A stretch of 64,000 nt of DNA from Bacteroidota bacterium (GTDB lineage: Bacteria > Bacteroidota > Bacteroidia > Chitinophagales > Chitinophagaceae), in the NCBI GenBank assembly GCA_016706595.1, contig JADJJH010000007.1, positions 140,856 through 204,855 on the forward strand. The letters are read 5' to 3'. The position numbers and the translations under genes were made by a program. Shown here piece by piece: positions 45,966-55,869 of this stretch. The notes beneath the pieces were generated by a model. The model made no database searches, was not told the DNA's origin, and saw only the letters and a program-made list of their open reading frames with translations. Each line of letters starts with the position of its first letter. Positions within the stretch are counted from its first letter, which is position 1.

Positions 45966-47249
45966 ATGGTAGACGCATTATTAGGCCTTCAATGGGGCGA
46001 TGAAGGGAAAGGTAAAATCGTGGATTTCTTAGCTCATGATTATCAAATTATCGCTCGTTTTCAAGGAGGGCCTAATGCAGGACATACCTTATATATAAAA
46101 GACAAAAAGGTAGTTTTGCATACCATACCATCAGGTGTTTTTCATCCAGGGTTAATGAATGTAATTGGCAATGGGGTAGTAATAGATCCGGTTTCGTTTG
46201 AGCAAGAGTGTAATGAAATTGAAGCACATGGAATCGATCTTAAAAAAGTGTTAGTCATAAGTGAAAGAGCGCACTTAATTTTACCCACACATAAAGCACT
46301 TGATAAAGCAAGCGAATTAAACAAAGGGGTTAATAAAATTGGAAGCACTTTGAAGGGTATTGGCCCTACGTATATGGATAAAACCGGAAGGAATGGATTA
46401 CGTGTGGGAGATATTTTACGACCCGATTTTCAGCAACGTTATGAAGTTTTAAGAGGGAAGCATTTAGATTTGTTAGGGCAAATGAAATTCGATGAAGATA
46501 TCAGTGAATGGGAAAATGCATTTTTTGCATCGGTAGAAGCATTACGAAAGCATACTATCATCTCGGCCGAATATTATTTAAATGATGCCATTCGTCAAGG
46601 TAAAAAAATATTAGCCGAAGGGGCACAAGGAACGATGCTGGATATTGATTTTGGCACCTATCCATTTGTTACTTCAAGCAATACAGTTACCGCAGGATTG
46701 TGTACCGGTTTAGGAATTGCTCCGCAGCATGTAGGCAAAGTGTATGGTATCAGTAAGGCGTATTGCACTCGTGTTGGTAGCGGTCCGTTTCCAAGCGAAT
46801 TATTGGATGCAACGGGTGATACCTTACGTGCCAATGGAAATGAATTTGGTTCAACTACGGGTCGCCCTCGACGTTGTGGATGGATAGATTTAGTAGCTTT
46901 ACGATATGCTTGTTTAATAAATGGTGTAAGTGATTTAATTATTACGAAATCAGATGTATTAGATGGTATGGAACAAGTTGGCGTATGCACATCGTATGTG
47001 ATGGATGGCAAAGAGACTACACAATTTCCTTACGATATCAATGAAAAGGAAATAGAAGCTAAGTTTGACTATATACCTGCATGGGATAAGAATTTATCTG
47101 ATTGTGAAAGCAAGGATGATATGCCAAGAAATTTTATGCGATTATTGGAAATGATTGAAAAACATACACAAGTTAATATTGCTTATGTTAGCAATGGGGT
47201 AGGTCGGGATCAATTGATTAGCATGAAGGGAAACTCTACAAAGCCCTAA
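45966..47249 (+). CDS. purA: Adenylosuccinate synthase
   Basis: MVDALLGLQWGDEGKGK from the ATG at 45966 (the track ORF starts upstream at 45915). Contains GPTYMDK and TTGRPRRCGW. Confidence 0.95.
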   Translation: MVDALLGLQWGDEGKGKIVDFLAHDYQIIARFQGGPNAGHTLYIKDKKVVLHTIPSGVFHPGLMNVIGNGVVIDPVSFEQECNEIEAHGIDLKKVLVISERAHLILPTHKALDKASELNKGVNKIGSTLKGIGPTYMDKTGRNGLRVGDILRPDFQQRYEVLRGKHLDLLGQMKFDEDISEWENAFFASVEALRKHTIISAEYYLNDAIRQGKKILAEGAQGTMLDIDFGTYPFVTSSNTVTAGLCTGLGIAPQHVGKVYGISKAYCTRVGSGPFPSELLDATGDTLRANGNEFGSTTGRPRRCGWIDLVALRYACLINGVSDLIITKSDVLDGMEQVGVCTSYVMDGKETTQFPYDINEKEIEAKFDYIPAWDKNLSDCESKDDMPRNFMRLLEMIEKHTQVNIAYVSNGVGRDQLISMKGNSTKP

Positions 47250-47350
47250 TGCTTCGTTCTTCGAATGCCGAACGCACGGCACCTTTTTTACAATAGTAAA
47301 CCCTTCAGATAGCTATCGAAATTGCAAAATGCGAAATCCTTGCCTAGGGG
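47248..47350. repeat. GCTTCGTTAYTCGAA-type element, diverged copy
   Basis: AATGCTTCGTTCTTCGAATGCCG...TAGTAAAC...TGCAAAATGCGAAATCC shares ordered blocks with 26154-26274. Confidence 0.5.
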
Positions 47351-47458
47351 GTTCTTAGTGATGGCCTGAAATATTTTTTTTCAATTTTAAAATTTTCGAA
47401 AAAAAATTTTTCTGTTTGGAAAATATGATAAAAATTTACACTCGAAACAGAATAGAAC

Positions 47459-47872
47459 ATGAAAGCAAAACCTGAAAAGAAAGTAATTGCAAAAAAAGCG
47501 GCTCCTGCAAAAAGTGCAGTAGCAAAAAAAGCTGCATCGAAGAGAAAAGTGGATGATGATGACGATGATGATTTAGAAGATGATGAGGAAGTAACACCCA
47601 AAACAAAAGCAGCTAAGTCATCGAGTAAAAAATCTAATATTGATGATGACGATGATGATGATGATTTGGATGATGATGATTTGGATGATGTAAGTAATGA
47701 TGATGATGAGTTTGCTGATGAATTTGAAGAGTTTGACATGCCTGCATCAAAAAGCAAAACAAAGAAACCAGGCAAAAGCATGGATGATGATGATGATGAT
47801 TTTAAAATTAGTGATGATTTAGGGTTGGATTTATTTGATGAGAAGTTTGATGATGATGATGATGATTTTTAA
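47459..47872 (+). CDS. Low-complexity protein: Lys/Ala-rich basic N-terminus plus poly-Asp tracts
   Basis: 137 aa. Starts KKVIAKKAAPAKSAVAKKAASKRK, followed by four runs of 5-8 Asp encoded by (GAT)n. A strong hairpin terminator follows. Confidence 0.55.
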   Translation: MKAKPEKKVIAKKAAPAKSAVAKKAASKRKVDDDDDDDLEDDEEVTPKTKAAKSSSKKSNIDDDDDDDDLDDDDLDDVSNDDDEFADEFEEFDMPASKSKTKKPGKSMDDDDDDFKISDDLGLDLFDEKFDDDDDDF

Positions 47873-47893
47873 ACGCTATGAGTTTGATAAAAG

Positions 47894-47920
47894 AAGGCAG
47901 TTCAATGAACTGCCTTTTAT
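47894..47920. terminator. Hairpin terminator between convergent genes
   Basis: 10-bp stem AAGGCAGTTC / GAACTGCCTT, 3-nt loop, then TTTT. Confidence 0.7.
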
Positions 47921-47922
47921 AT

Positions 47923-48271
47923 TTACTTCAATGTGAAAATTAATTCAACTACTATTGGCAAAATACCAAGAACCATGGCAAAGTAGTTTTGTAGCATCTT
48001 GATTCTATATTTTTCAAGTTGATTTCTGAAAACATATATAGTCCAAGCAAAAAATATTGAGCAGTAGACCAACCTGAAAAGTAAAACCAAGAAAATCAAA
48101 CCTGCAAACATGGTATGTGATGTTGAGTTGATTAAATTTATCATTGATAAACCTTAAGGCAATAGCATGAATCCAAAGAAGTACAAAAGGGCATAATACT
48201 GAAAAATAGTTGGTAAATTCCGTTGTAATTGTTGGTATCAAAGGGTTTGCAGTAAGTTTGATGAAACGCAT
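47923..48271 (-). CDS. Small membrane protein, possibly frameshifted (two overlapping ORFs)
   Basis: ORFs 48271..48014 and 48144..47923 overlap in different frames. The second has clear TM segments (MFAGLIFLVLLF..., MVLGILPIVVELIF). It is uncertain whether this is one gene or two. Confidence 0.3.
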
Positions 48272-48479
48272 TTCATCAAACTTTTTCTATGTCAAAATCA
48301 ATTAAAAAAAAATGCTGGGCGGGGTTTTGGACGGGGCAATCAACAAGGCAAGATGCGGGAATTGAAAAATCGCAAGAAAACAAGAATCGATTTGTTTGGT
48401 TTAGAAGTGGATTATAGAAAGACAGACTTTTAAAACCCTTACACGTGATAGTGGCTATTCAAAGGACACTTTACAACGT

Positions 48480-49200
48480 ACATTTTATAAGTTGTTGGAT
48501 ATTTGCCCCCCGGGGGGAATTAATACAAAGAGAAGGCGTGAATTTAAGAATGGACGCCACCTATTTTAGCAATTTTGTTTAGTGGCCTACCAAGATAATA
48601 CAGATGGATACACTCAACTTATCCGCTTTACTGATGGTGAGCAAAACAAAGAAGATTTACTCAATTTAATCAAGCTGGCATTCAAATTGAGAGTATTACC
48701 ACTGATGGTCACAAAAGTATATTGAAAGCCATAAAAGCTTCTTTGCCTGAAGTAAAAACACAACGCTGTCTTGTTCATATCCAGCGTATGTGCCTACCTG
48801 CTTACTCAATACCCAAAGCACATGCAGGGCAAGAACTTCGAAAACATGTTCTTTTGCTATTAAAATCCGTACGGATAATGACAAAATCTATTGGATTAAT
48901 GAGTTCAAATCCTGGTATGCAAGGCATAAAGACTACGTTAATGAAAGACCTTTGACCTGAATCAAATCGATTTTGGTACACCAAATTCTAAGACGATCGT
49001 ATCAAACAATTAATAGAGCCTTGCCATAGTTTCATTATTTGATGAATAGTAAAATCCCTAAAACTACAAATGGCATTGAAGGGTATTTTAGCCATCTTAA
49101 AAATCATTTAGACTTACACAGAGGATTAACAATGAAAACCGTATCAATTTCATTAAGTGGTACATCTATTTTCAAACAAAGGTGAGTTTTCTTAGCCATA
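48480..49200 (+). pseudogene. Decayed DDE transposase (IS256/Mutator-like), multiple stops and frameshifts
   Basis: Fragments appear across frames: LRMDATYFS (first D), ITTDGHKSILKAIKASLPEVKTQRCLVHIQRM (second D plus the QRC.VH signature), and IPKTTNGIEGYFSHLKNHLDLHRGL (E region). Confidence 0.45.
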
Positions 49201-49450
49201 TTGCTTACCAGAAACATTAAAAAGGTGCCCGAAAGACACTTTTCTGTATAAGCATTAATCTTATTGCTAGTAAGTTGATCTCCACCAGAGCTTACGTCCT
49301 CTTCAGATTAACGACCAAGTATAATCTATCTTTTGAAAATTTCCACCAACTATTTTTCAGTACATTACCTACAAAAGAAATTTCCCCATGATATCATGTG
49401 TCTTTTTTCTATTCATTTGTTTACACGCTATACTGTAATTCGATAGCGCG

Positions 49451-49521
49451 AGAATCAATCTTTGAAATTGAAATTAGTTTTATACAATACTCAATTGAAG
49501 ATTGAAGATCGAAGATTGATT
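49451..49521. repeat. CAATCTTCAAT palindromic repeat, copy C (overlaps the 3' end of the Hcy-domain gene)
   Basis: GAATCAATCTTTGAAATTGAAATT ... CTCAATTGAAGATTGAAGATCGAAGATTGATT. The last ~9 codons and the stop of 49491..50516 are encoded by the repeat. Confidence 0.7.
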
Positions 49522-50516
49522 ACTCTCGGTTTCACACCTTTTAATGCATCAGCAATTGCCTTGATATGATCAGGCGTTGTTCCGCAACATCCACCTACGA
49601 TATTTACTAAACCATCTTCGGCCCATTCACGAATAATTCCGGCTGTAATCTTTGGCGTTTCATCATACTCACCCATGGTATTTGGCAAGCCGGCATTTGG
49701 GTAAGCACTTACATAACAAGTTGCAATTTGCGACAAGGCTTCAATAAACGGTCGCATTTGTCGACCACCTAAAGCACAATTCAATCCAACACTTACCGGA
49801 TTGGCATGTTCTATGGAATAGTAAAATGCTTCAAGGGTTTGTCCGCTTAAAGTACGCCCCGACGAATCAGTAATCGTACCGGATATCATTACCGGTAATT
49901 CAATTTGAAAATCTTTAAAATACTTTTTCGTGGCATAAATGGCTGCTTTTGCATTGAGGGTATCAAAAATAGTTTCAATTAAAATAATATCTACACCACC
50001 ATCTATCAATCCTTTAATTTGTTCGTAATAGGCATCCGCTACTTCATCAAATGTTACTGCACGATAACCAGGATTATTAACATCAGGTGATAGGGAAAGT
50101 GTACGGTTAGTTGGACCAATAGCACCGGCTACAAAATAATGAGTTGGGTTTACTTGCGGATGATTTGAAAGGAATTGTTTTATGGCTTTTCGAGCGCATT
50201 GAGCCGATGCAAAATTAAGTTCATAACTCAGTTCTTGCATCTGATAATCTGCCATCGAAATACGCTGGGCACTAAAGGTATTGGTTTCTATAATATTCGA
50301 TCCTGCTTCAAGATATTGTAGATGAATTTCTTGTATTATATCGGGTCGAGTTATGGATAATAAGTCATTATTGCCTTTTACATCGCATGGCCATTGGGCA
50401 AAACGCTCACCTCTAAAATCGCTTTCCTGTAATGTATAACGTTGTATCATGGTACCCATAGCACCATCAATTATTACAATTTGTTGTTGAAGTAAGTCTT
50501 GTAAAGCATTCATCAT
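49491..50516 (-). CDS. Homocysteine S-methyltransferase domain protein (stand-alone N-terminal module of MetH)
   Basis: 341 aa. Contains [11 protein letters not shown], the Zn-ligand contexts GLNCALG and [11 protein letters not shown], and ends at the position of the Hcy/pterin linker. Confidence 0.9.
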   Translation of the reverse strand: MMNALQDLLQQQIVIIDGAMGTMIQRYTLQESDFRGERFAQWPCDVKGNNDLLSITRPDIIQEIHLQYLEAGSNIIETNTFSAQRISMADYQMQELSYELNFASAQCARKAIKQFLSNHPQVNPTHYFVAGAIGPTNRTLSLSPDVNNPGYRAVTFDEVADAYYEQIKGLIDGGVDIILIETIFDTLNAKAAIYATKKYFKDFQIELPVMISGTITDSSGRTLSGQTLEAFYYSIEHANPVSVGLNCALGGRQMRPFIEALSQIATCYVSAYPNAGLPNTMGEYDETPKITAGIIREWAEDGLVNIVGGCCGTTPDHIKAIADALKGVKPRVINLRSSIFN

Positions 50517-50764
50517 TTTTCATTTTTAAACCTCACAAATAACGTAAGCGAATAAACCTGATGAATGTTCAGCAAACGAATATTAGTTCAGTTGGTACAA
50601 CAGGCCGAACAATAGTCAAATCTGCCTGCAACACAAAAGTAAATGCTTTCTATGAATTATCTGATTATTTTTGGCGTTGAAAAGTGGAATTAATTTTTAT
50701 TTCGACGATACAGATCGCATAGATTTTTTCCAACATTGAAAATCATGTATACATCAACTCAAGA

Positions 50765-51721
50765 ATGAAATTTACCATAGCCTATACCCTTTTATTTATG
50801 TATGTAATTGCCGCGATTGTTTTTTGGGGTTATAGTTTAAATAAGCAAAACCGATTAGTGTATGCTTTAGAGATGGAGAAACTTGAACTAAGCAAAAACA
50901 ACCCAACTATCAATTTTGCGGTAGAATTACAACGAATCAACGACAATAAGGTTCGTCGAACAAAACAATACGCAGGCGAGGGATCTACTTTTATATTAAT
51001 TATTTTGCTTACCGCCGGTATTGTATATTATGCCTATTATCGACAAAGAGCATTGGCACGATTACAACAGAATTTTATGCTCAGCATTACGCATGAATTA
51101 AAAACCCCTATTGCCGGGATTAAACTCAATTTGCAAACACTTCATAAGCGGAAGTTAGATGATGAAACACAAAAAAAATTATTGAATTCATCGGTTGTTG
51201 AAACTGATAGATTGAATGATTTATGTAATAATATTTTGGTATCAACACAGTTAGAAAGTGCGCGACAAGCCATTTATAATGAGGTGTTACAATTAAATGA
51301 ATTACTTAATCAGGCCGTAATGGATATGCAAGGCCGATATCCGAGTTATCATTTCTCTACATCAATTATGGAAGATCCGGTTGAAATAAAAGGCGATACA
51401 TCGTTTTGGAAATTGGTGATTAGTAATTTACTCGAAAATGCGCGAAAATACTCGGCGCCTGAAGATGGTATCGTGGCTGGCTTGCAAAAGCGAAATGGAA
51501 GGGTGATTCTCAGTATTGCTGATTTTGGTATTGGCATTGCCGATGAAGAGAAGGATAAAATATTTGATAAATTCTATCGAATTGGTAATGAAAATATACG
51601 GTCATCAAAAGGTACCGGTTTGGGCTTATATATCGTGAAAAAAATTATATCATTATATAAATATGACATTGCCGTGAAAAACAATACGCCGAAAGGCTCT
51701 ATTTTTGAAATTACATTGTGA
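50765..51721 (+). CDS. Sensor histidine kinase
   Basis: 318 aa with two TM segments, the HisKA box SITHELKTPIAGI, and the HATPase_c motifs NLLENARKY and GTGLGLYIVKKI. Confidence 0.85.
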   Translation: MKFTIAYTLLFMYVIAAIVFWGYSLNKQNRLVYALEMEKLELSKNNPTINFAVELQRINDNKVRRTKQYAGEGSTFILIILLTAGIVYYAYYRQRALARLQQNFMLSITHELKTPIAGIKLNLQTLHKRKLDDETQKKLLNSSVVETDRLNDLCNNILVSTQLESARQAIYNEVLQLNELLNQAVMDMQGRYPSYHFSTSIMEDPVEIKGDTSFWKLVISNLLENARKYSAPEDGIVAGLQKRNGRVILSIADFGIGIADEEKDKIFDKFYRIGNENIRSSKGTGLGLYIVKKIISLYKYDIAVKNNTPKGSIFEITL

Positions 51722-51745
51722 GGCATTCTGAATGAATAGATATCC

Positions 51746-52456
51746 ATGAAACAAAAGAATTACAAAGGCAGTATTTTATTGGTTGAAGATGAAGAGAGTT
51801 TACGTGAAGCGCTGAAACTCAATTTGGAATTAGAAGACTATGAAGTAACCACGGCCTCAAACGGAAAATTGGCGATTAAGGCATTTCATGAAGAATATTT
51901 TGATTGCATTATTTTAGATATTATGATGCCTGAAGTAGATGGATTGATGGTTTGCGAAAGTATTAGATTGTCGAATGAAAAGGTGCCAATCTTATTTTTA
52001 AGTGCTAAAAGTAGCGGAGCAGATAGAGTATTAGGATTAAAAAAAGGGGGCGATGATTACCTAACGAAACCTTTTAATTTAGAAGAACTTTTATTGCGTG
52101 TTGATAAACTGATTCAAAAGAATAATAAAATCGAACACCAAGACAAAGGCTTGACAGTTTATGAAATTGGCAAATGCTCGATTGATTTTCATGCACAAGA
52201 ATGTACTGATATACTTGGAGAAAAACATGCCCTCACAAAAAAAGAAATTCAATTTTTAAAACTATTAATAGAGAATAAAAATGAAGTGATTTCACGCGAG
52301 TATATATTAAAAATGGTGTGGGGATTTAATGTATTTCCAACTACACGTACCATCGATAATTTTATCATGAATTACCGTAAATACTTCGAAGAAAATCCGC
52401 GAAATCCAAAGCATTTTATAAGTATTCGAGGTATTGGATATAAGTTTACGAATTAG
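51746..52456 (+). CDS. OmpR-family response regulator
   Basis: 236 aa with a receiver domain (LLVEDEE, DCIILDIMMPEVDG, TKPF) and a winged-helix output domain (RGIGYKF). Confidence 0.9.
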   Translation: MKQKNYKGSILLVEDEESLREALKLNLELEDYEVTTASNGKLAIKAFHEEYFDCIILDIMMPEVDGLMVCESIRLSNEKVPILFLSAKSSGADRVLGLKKGGDDYLTKPFNLEELLLRVDKLIQKNNKIEHQDKGLTVYEIGKCSIDFHAQECTDILGEKHALTKKEIQFLKLLIENKNEVISREYILKMVWGFNVFPTTRTIDNFIMNYRKYFEENPRNPKHFISIRGIGYKFTN

Positions 52457-52516
52457 GGCATATTAATAATTCTGATGCTTCGTTATTCGAATTTTCGTTA
52501 CGGCAATTTTTACAGG
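52456..52516. repeat. GCTTCGTTAYTCGAA-type element, half copy
   Basis: GGGCATATTAATAATTCTGATGCTTCGTTATTCGAATTTTCG aligns with the left arm of 26154-26274. Confidence 0.6.
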
Positions 52517-52518
52517 TA

Positions 52519-53817
52519 CTAGATGTGTTCTGTTTTATTTACAGTAGCATCAAGTGTAGTTTTTTGATAATAGAACAAGCATAAAAAGAAAACAAAAAAT
52601 ACAATTCCTGCTTGTATTTCAAGCATGTCATCGGTAAGTAAGTTTAAAACCATTAAAACAATAAGCCAAATACCTAATGTATTCTTTAGTTTGACAAAAT
52701 GATAGGCACTGCTTACCCAAATTAATATGATGAATACGATACCCAGGAATCCAATATCTAGCCAAGTATGGAATAGTTGATTATGTGTATGCATATTATC
52801 ATTCGCTAAATTAGTATAGCCTTCATCTAATAATTTTTGTTTGAGCTGCGCATTCGCCGAACCCGTGCCATAGCCCCACATGGTTTTCTCTTGAATCAAT
52901 TTCCACGAATTTTGCCAAGCGGTAATTCTACTGCCGGTTGAGTTCATTATACTTACCTCTTTACTAATTGTACCTGTATCTCGTTGCGTTTCATGAATAC
53001 GATATTTGATGGAAGGAATCTGAATTGCCAAGAATATAATAAAGCTTAACGCTAACATATAAGCTAACATTCTAGCTACGATGTTTTTAATTCTATCTAA
53101 AAATTTCCATAGCAAAAACAAAAAGAAAATGCCAATAAATAAGATGGCTGTTTTTGAAATGAGTAACAGAAGAGCCAATGATAACATCAAAAAAATACCA
53201 CCAAGCCAAAGCAATTGATAGTTACTTTTCGTTCGATAATTACTTACTTCATAACCGCACCAAACCATGGCCAAAGCAAAGTAATTCGAATAGTAACCGG
53301 GATGCATAATGGCTTCGGAAATTTGCATCCGATTTAAGTAAACAATTTTCCCTTTATCGAAATTGAGTAAAAGGTCGAGGCCTAATGTATACATAAATGA
53401 AACACAAAGTGAAATAGAAAAAGCATACATCAGTGATTGTTTGCTTTTATTATTGAAATAGTTTTCGGTTGAAAGTAGAAAAGGGATTACTAATAAGCTA
53501 AGTTTTACCATAATTGTTTGCATTGCAAAATCTGGATAATGTGTCCATATGCAAGCCACGATGTGTAGTAAAAAAAATAACCAACAAGTTGCAATAAATG
53601 GCTTTAGCTTAAAACTTCGAATCTTGTCGAGTAATTGTTTATCGAGTAGCCAATGTATAGATAAAAAAATGATACCCACTGAACTCAAGCGCTCGCTCCA
53701 TGTAAATGAAAGTGCAATAAAAAAAACGATGGCAAGCCAGAAATTTTCTCGGTGTAGTTTGAGATTAGGGTTCATCAATTGACGAAGATAATTAAGCGTT
53801 AGATTATATTTGTGCAA
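52519..53817 (-). CDS. O-antigen ligase (Wzy_C) family membrane protein
   Basis: 432 aa, polytopic, with a periplasmic loop followed by HTHNQLFHTWLDIGFLG. The true start is uncertain. Confidence 0.65.
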   Translation of the reverse strand: MHKYNLTLNYLRQLMNPNLKLHRENFWLAIVFFIALSFTWSERLSSVGIIFLSIHWLLDKQLLDKIRSFKLKPFIATCWLFFLLHIVACIWTHYPDFAMQTIMVKLSLLVIPFLLSTENYFNNKSKQSLMYAFSISLCVSFMYTLGLDLLLNFDKGKIVYLNRMQISEAIMHPGYYSNYFALAMVWCGYEVSNYRTKSNYQLLWLGGIFLMLSLALLLLISKTAILFIGIFFLFLLWKFLDRIKNIVARMLAYMLALSFIIFLAIQIPSIKYRIHETQRDTGTISKEVSIMNSTGSRITAWQNSWKLIQEKTMWGYGTGSANAQLKQKLLDEGYTNLANDNMHTHNQLFHTWLDIGFLGIVFIILIWVSSAYHFVKLKNTLGIWLIVLMVLNLLTDDMLEIQAGIVFFVFFLCLFYYQKTTLDATVNKTEHI

Positions 53818-54425
53818 TGTTATTACAAATACATCCCAAGAATCCCGATCAAAGAAAAATTAAGCAAGTATTGGATTGTTTACGAAGTGGAGGCATTATT
53901 ATTTATCCAACCGATACAATTTATGGATTAGGTTGTAGTATCGAGCATCCATCGGCCATTGAACGAATTTGTAGAATTAAACATATACAACCCGACAAAG
54001 CCTTACTCTCATTTATTTGTGCCGATTTGAGTCATTTAAGCGAATACACCAAATCAATTGATACCCCCATGTATCGTTTTTTAAAACAGTATACTCCCGG
54101 GGCCTTCACATTTATTTTACCCTCCAGTAAAAAATCGCCTAAAATACTCCGCACTAAAAAAGATACAGTGGGTATTCGTGTGCCTGATAATCAAATTTGC
54201 AGAACCTTGCTCCATGAACTTGGGCACCCTATATTAAGTACTTCATTACCCTATACCGAGGATGAAATTCCGTATACAGATCCTGAAATTATGGAAGAAG
54301 TTTTTGGTTCACAAGTTGATATCGTAATTGATGGCGGAATGGGCAATATTACTGCATCTACAATAGTTGATTGTACTAAAGAGCCTATAGAAATTATTAG
54401 ACAAGGCGAGGGGATTATTGACTAA
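53817..54425 (+). CDS. tsaC: L-threonylcarbamoyladenylate synthase (YrdC/TsaC family)
   Basis: 202 aa. Contains IIIYPTDTIYGLGC, KPLSF-like LLSFIC, and VGIRVPD. Confidence 0.85.
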   Translation: MLLQIHPKNPDQRKIKQVLDCLRSGGIIIYPTDTIYGLGCSIEHPSAIERICRIKHIQPDKALLSFICADLSHLSEYTKSIDTPMYRFLKQYTPGAFTFILPSSKKSPKILRTKKDTVGIRVPDNQICRTLLHELGHPILSTSLPYTEDEIPYTDPEIMEEVFGSQVDIVIDGGMGNITASTIVDCTKEPIEIIRQGEGIID

Positions 54426-54484
54426 AGACCATTACGTATACATTGTATTATCCATTACTACAAGTCATCTTTTAAGCAGGGATT

Positions 54485-54567
54485 CAGTGGCAACGATTGA
54501 GCGATTACCCCGCATCCCGAACGCTTCGGAAGGGAGAGGAGTAGTAGCGAAAGCGTGTTTGCCACCC
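54485..54567 (+). other. GC-rich structured element (candidate small RNA or leader) upstream of prfA
   Basis: Outer stem GTGGCAA (54487-54493) with TTGCCAC (54559-54565). Inner hairpin CCGAA-CGC-TTCGG and a GC-GAAA-GC tetraloop hairpin. Local GC is far above the surrounding intergenic DNA. No RNA family could be assigned. Confidence 0.25.
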
Positions 54568-54676
54568 AAACTGCCTTCATCATTCATACAAAGTATAACT
54601 ATTTGTGTTCTTAGTTGTAAAAGCATGTCAACTCAAAATTGCCTGAACCACAATTTCTATTATCTTCGCGCCCGTT

Positions 54677-55750
54677 ATGCTCGATAAGTTAGAAGCCATC
54701 AAAGGCCGTTTCGATAATATTGCCGTTTCGCTTACCAACCCTGAAGTAGTGAGCGACCAAAAAAGATTTTCTCAATTGAGTAAAGAGTACCGAAAACTTG
54801 AGAAGATTGTTGATGTATATAAGCAATATCGCAATTGTTTGGATAGCATTAGTTTTGGAAAAGAAGTTTTACAAACTGAAAGTGATGAAGAACTTCGAGA
54901 TATGGCAAAGGAAGATTTAGCCAATTCGGAAGTTCAAAAGGAAAATTTAGAGGAAGCTATTCGCCAGCTATTATTACCGAAAGATCCGCAAGATGAGAAG
55001 AATGTAGTGATGGAAATTAGAGCGGGCACTGGAGGCGATGAAGCGAGTTTGTTTGCCGGCGATTTGATGCGCATGTATATGCGATATGCCGAGAACAAAG
55101 GGTGGAAAGTGGCTTTGGTTGATGAAAATGAAGGAACGGCAGGAGGATATAAGGAAGTTATTCTAGAAATTATTGGAGAGGATGTATACGGTACCTTGAA
55201 ATATGAAAGTGGTGTACATCGCGTACAACGTGTACCGGATACTGAAGCCAGCGGAAGGGTACATACGTCTGCTGCTACTGTAGCTGTAATGCCTGAAGCA
55301 GAAGAAATCGACTTTGAATTGAAAGATTCAGACTTGAAAATGGAAACAGCCAGAAGTGGTGGTGCTGGCGGACAAAACGTGAACAAGGTTGAAACAAAGG
55401 TGATACTTACACACGTTCCTACCGGGACGGTGATTACTTGTCAAACTGAACGTACCCAGCTAGGAAACCGAGATAAGGCAACAACCATGATGCGGACTAA
55501 ATTATACGAAGAGCAAGTTCGTAAACACGAAGAGGCGATTGCGAATAGCCGTAAAACACTGGTAAGTAGTGGCGATAGGTCAGCAAAAATTCGTACGTAT
55601 AATTGGCCTCAAGGTCGAATTACCGATCATCGAATTAATAAAACCATTTATTCGTTAGATAGTTTTGTGAATGGTGATATACAAGAAATGCTTGATTCGT
55701 TACAAGTGGCTGAAAATGCAGAGAAAATGAAGGCCGGGGAAACAGTGTAG
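54677..55750 (+). CDS. prfA: Peptide chain release factor 1
   Basis: 357 aa with the GGQ motif ([16 protein letters not shown]) and an RF1-type tripeptide region ([18 protein letters not shown]). Confidence 0.95.
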   Translation: MLDKLEAIKGRFDNIAVSLTNPEVVSDQKRFSQLSKEYRKLEKIVDVYKQYRNCLDSISFGKEVLQTESDEELRDMAKEDLANSEVQKENLEEAIRQLLLPKDPQDEKNVVMEIRAGTGGDEASLFAGDLMRMYMRYAENKGWKVALVDENEGTAGGYKEVILEIIGEDVYGTLKYESGVHRVQRVPDTEASGRVHTSAATVAVMPEAEEIDFELKDSDLKMETARSGGAGGQNVNKVETKVILTHVPTGTVITCQTERTQLGNRDKATTMMRTKLYEEQVRKHEEAIANSRKTLVSSGDRSAKIRTYNWPQGRITDHRINKTIYSLDSFVNGDIQEMLDSLQVAENAEKMKAGETV

Positions 55751-55751
55751 A

Positions 55752-55869
55752 CAATCTTCAATCTTCAATTTTCAGTCTTCACGCCAATGGAAATAATTTC
55801 CTTACATGCTAATAGTTGACTAAGAATACGTTGAAGGCATCCTTTGAAGATTGCAGACTGAAGATTGAT
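55752..55869. repeat. CAATCTTCAAT palindromic repeat, copy D
   Basis: CAATCTTCAATCTTCAATTTTCAGTCTTCA, a ~62-nt spacer, then TTTGAAGATTGCAGACTGAAGATTGATC. Confidence 0.8.

Noticed and set aside
47344-47781. 145-aa Ser-rich ORF on the minus strand
   Set aside because: It is the antisense reading of the (GAT)n poly-Asp tracts (ATC/TCA/CAT give runs of Ser). It has no start context or terminator of its own, and the plus-strand ORF does have a terminator.
50517-50764. Riboswitch (SAM, SAH or B12) upstream of the stand-alone Hcy-methyltransferase gene
   Set aside because: I read both strands of the 248-bp leader and found no B12 box, no SAM-I core (GAGGGA...GCAACC) and no SAH motif, only short generic hairpins. 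A scan with covariance models could still overturn this.
54470-54580. Possible SRP (4.5S) RNA or cobalamin riboswitch (GCCACTG occurs on the minus strand)
   Set aside because: The conserved SRP domain IV sequence (GGAAGGAAGCAGC with its 5' partner) is not present; GGAAGGGAGAGGA has too many mismatches. Apart from the GCCACTG heptamer, none of the other cobalamin-riboswitch core elements are visible, and there is no B12-related gene downstream in that orientation.
54418-54687. 89-aa ORF between tsaC and prfA
   Set aside because: It has a TTG start overlapping the tsaC stop and a composition unlike proteins. It overlaps the prfA start and covers the GC-rich hairpin element, so it is treated as non-coding.
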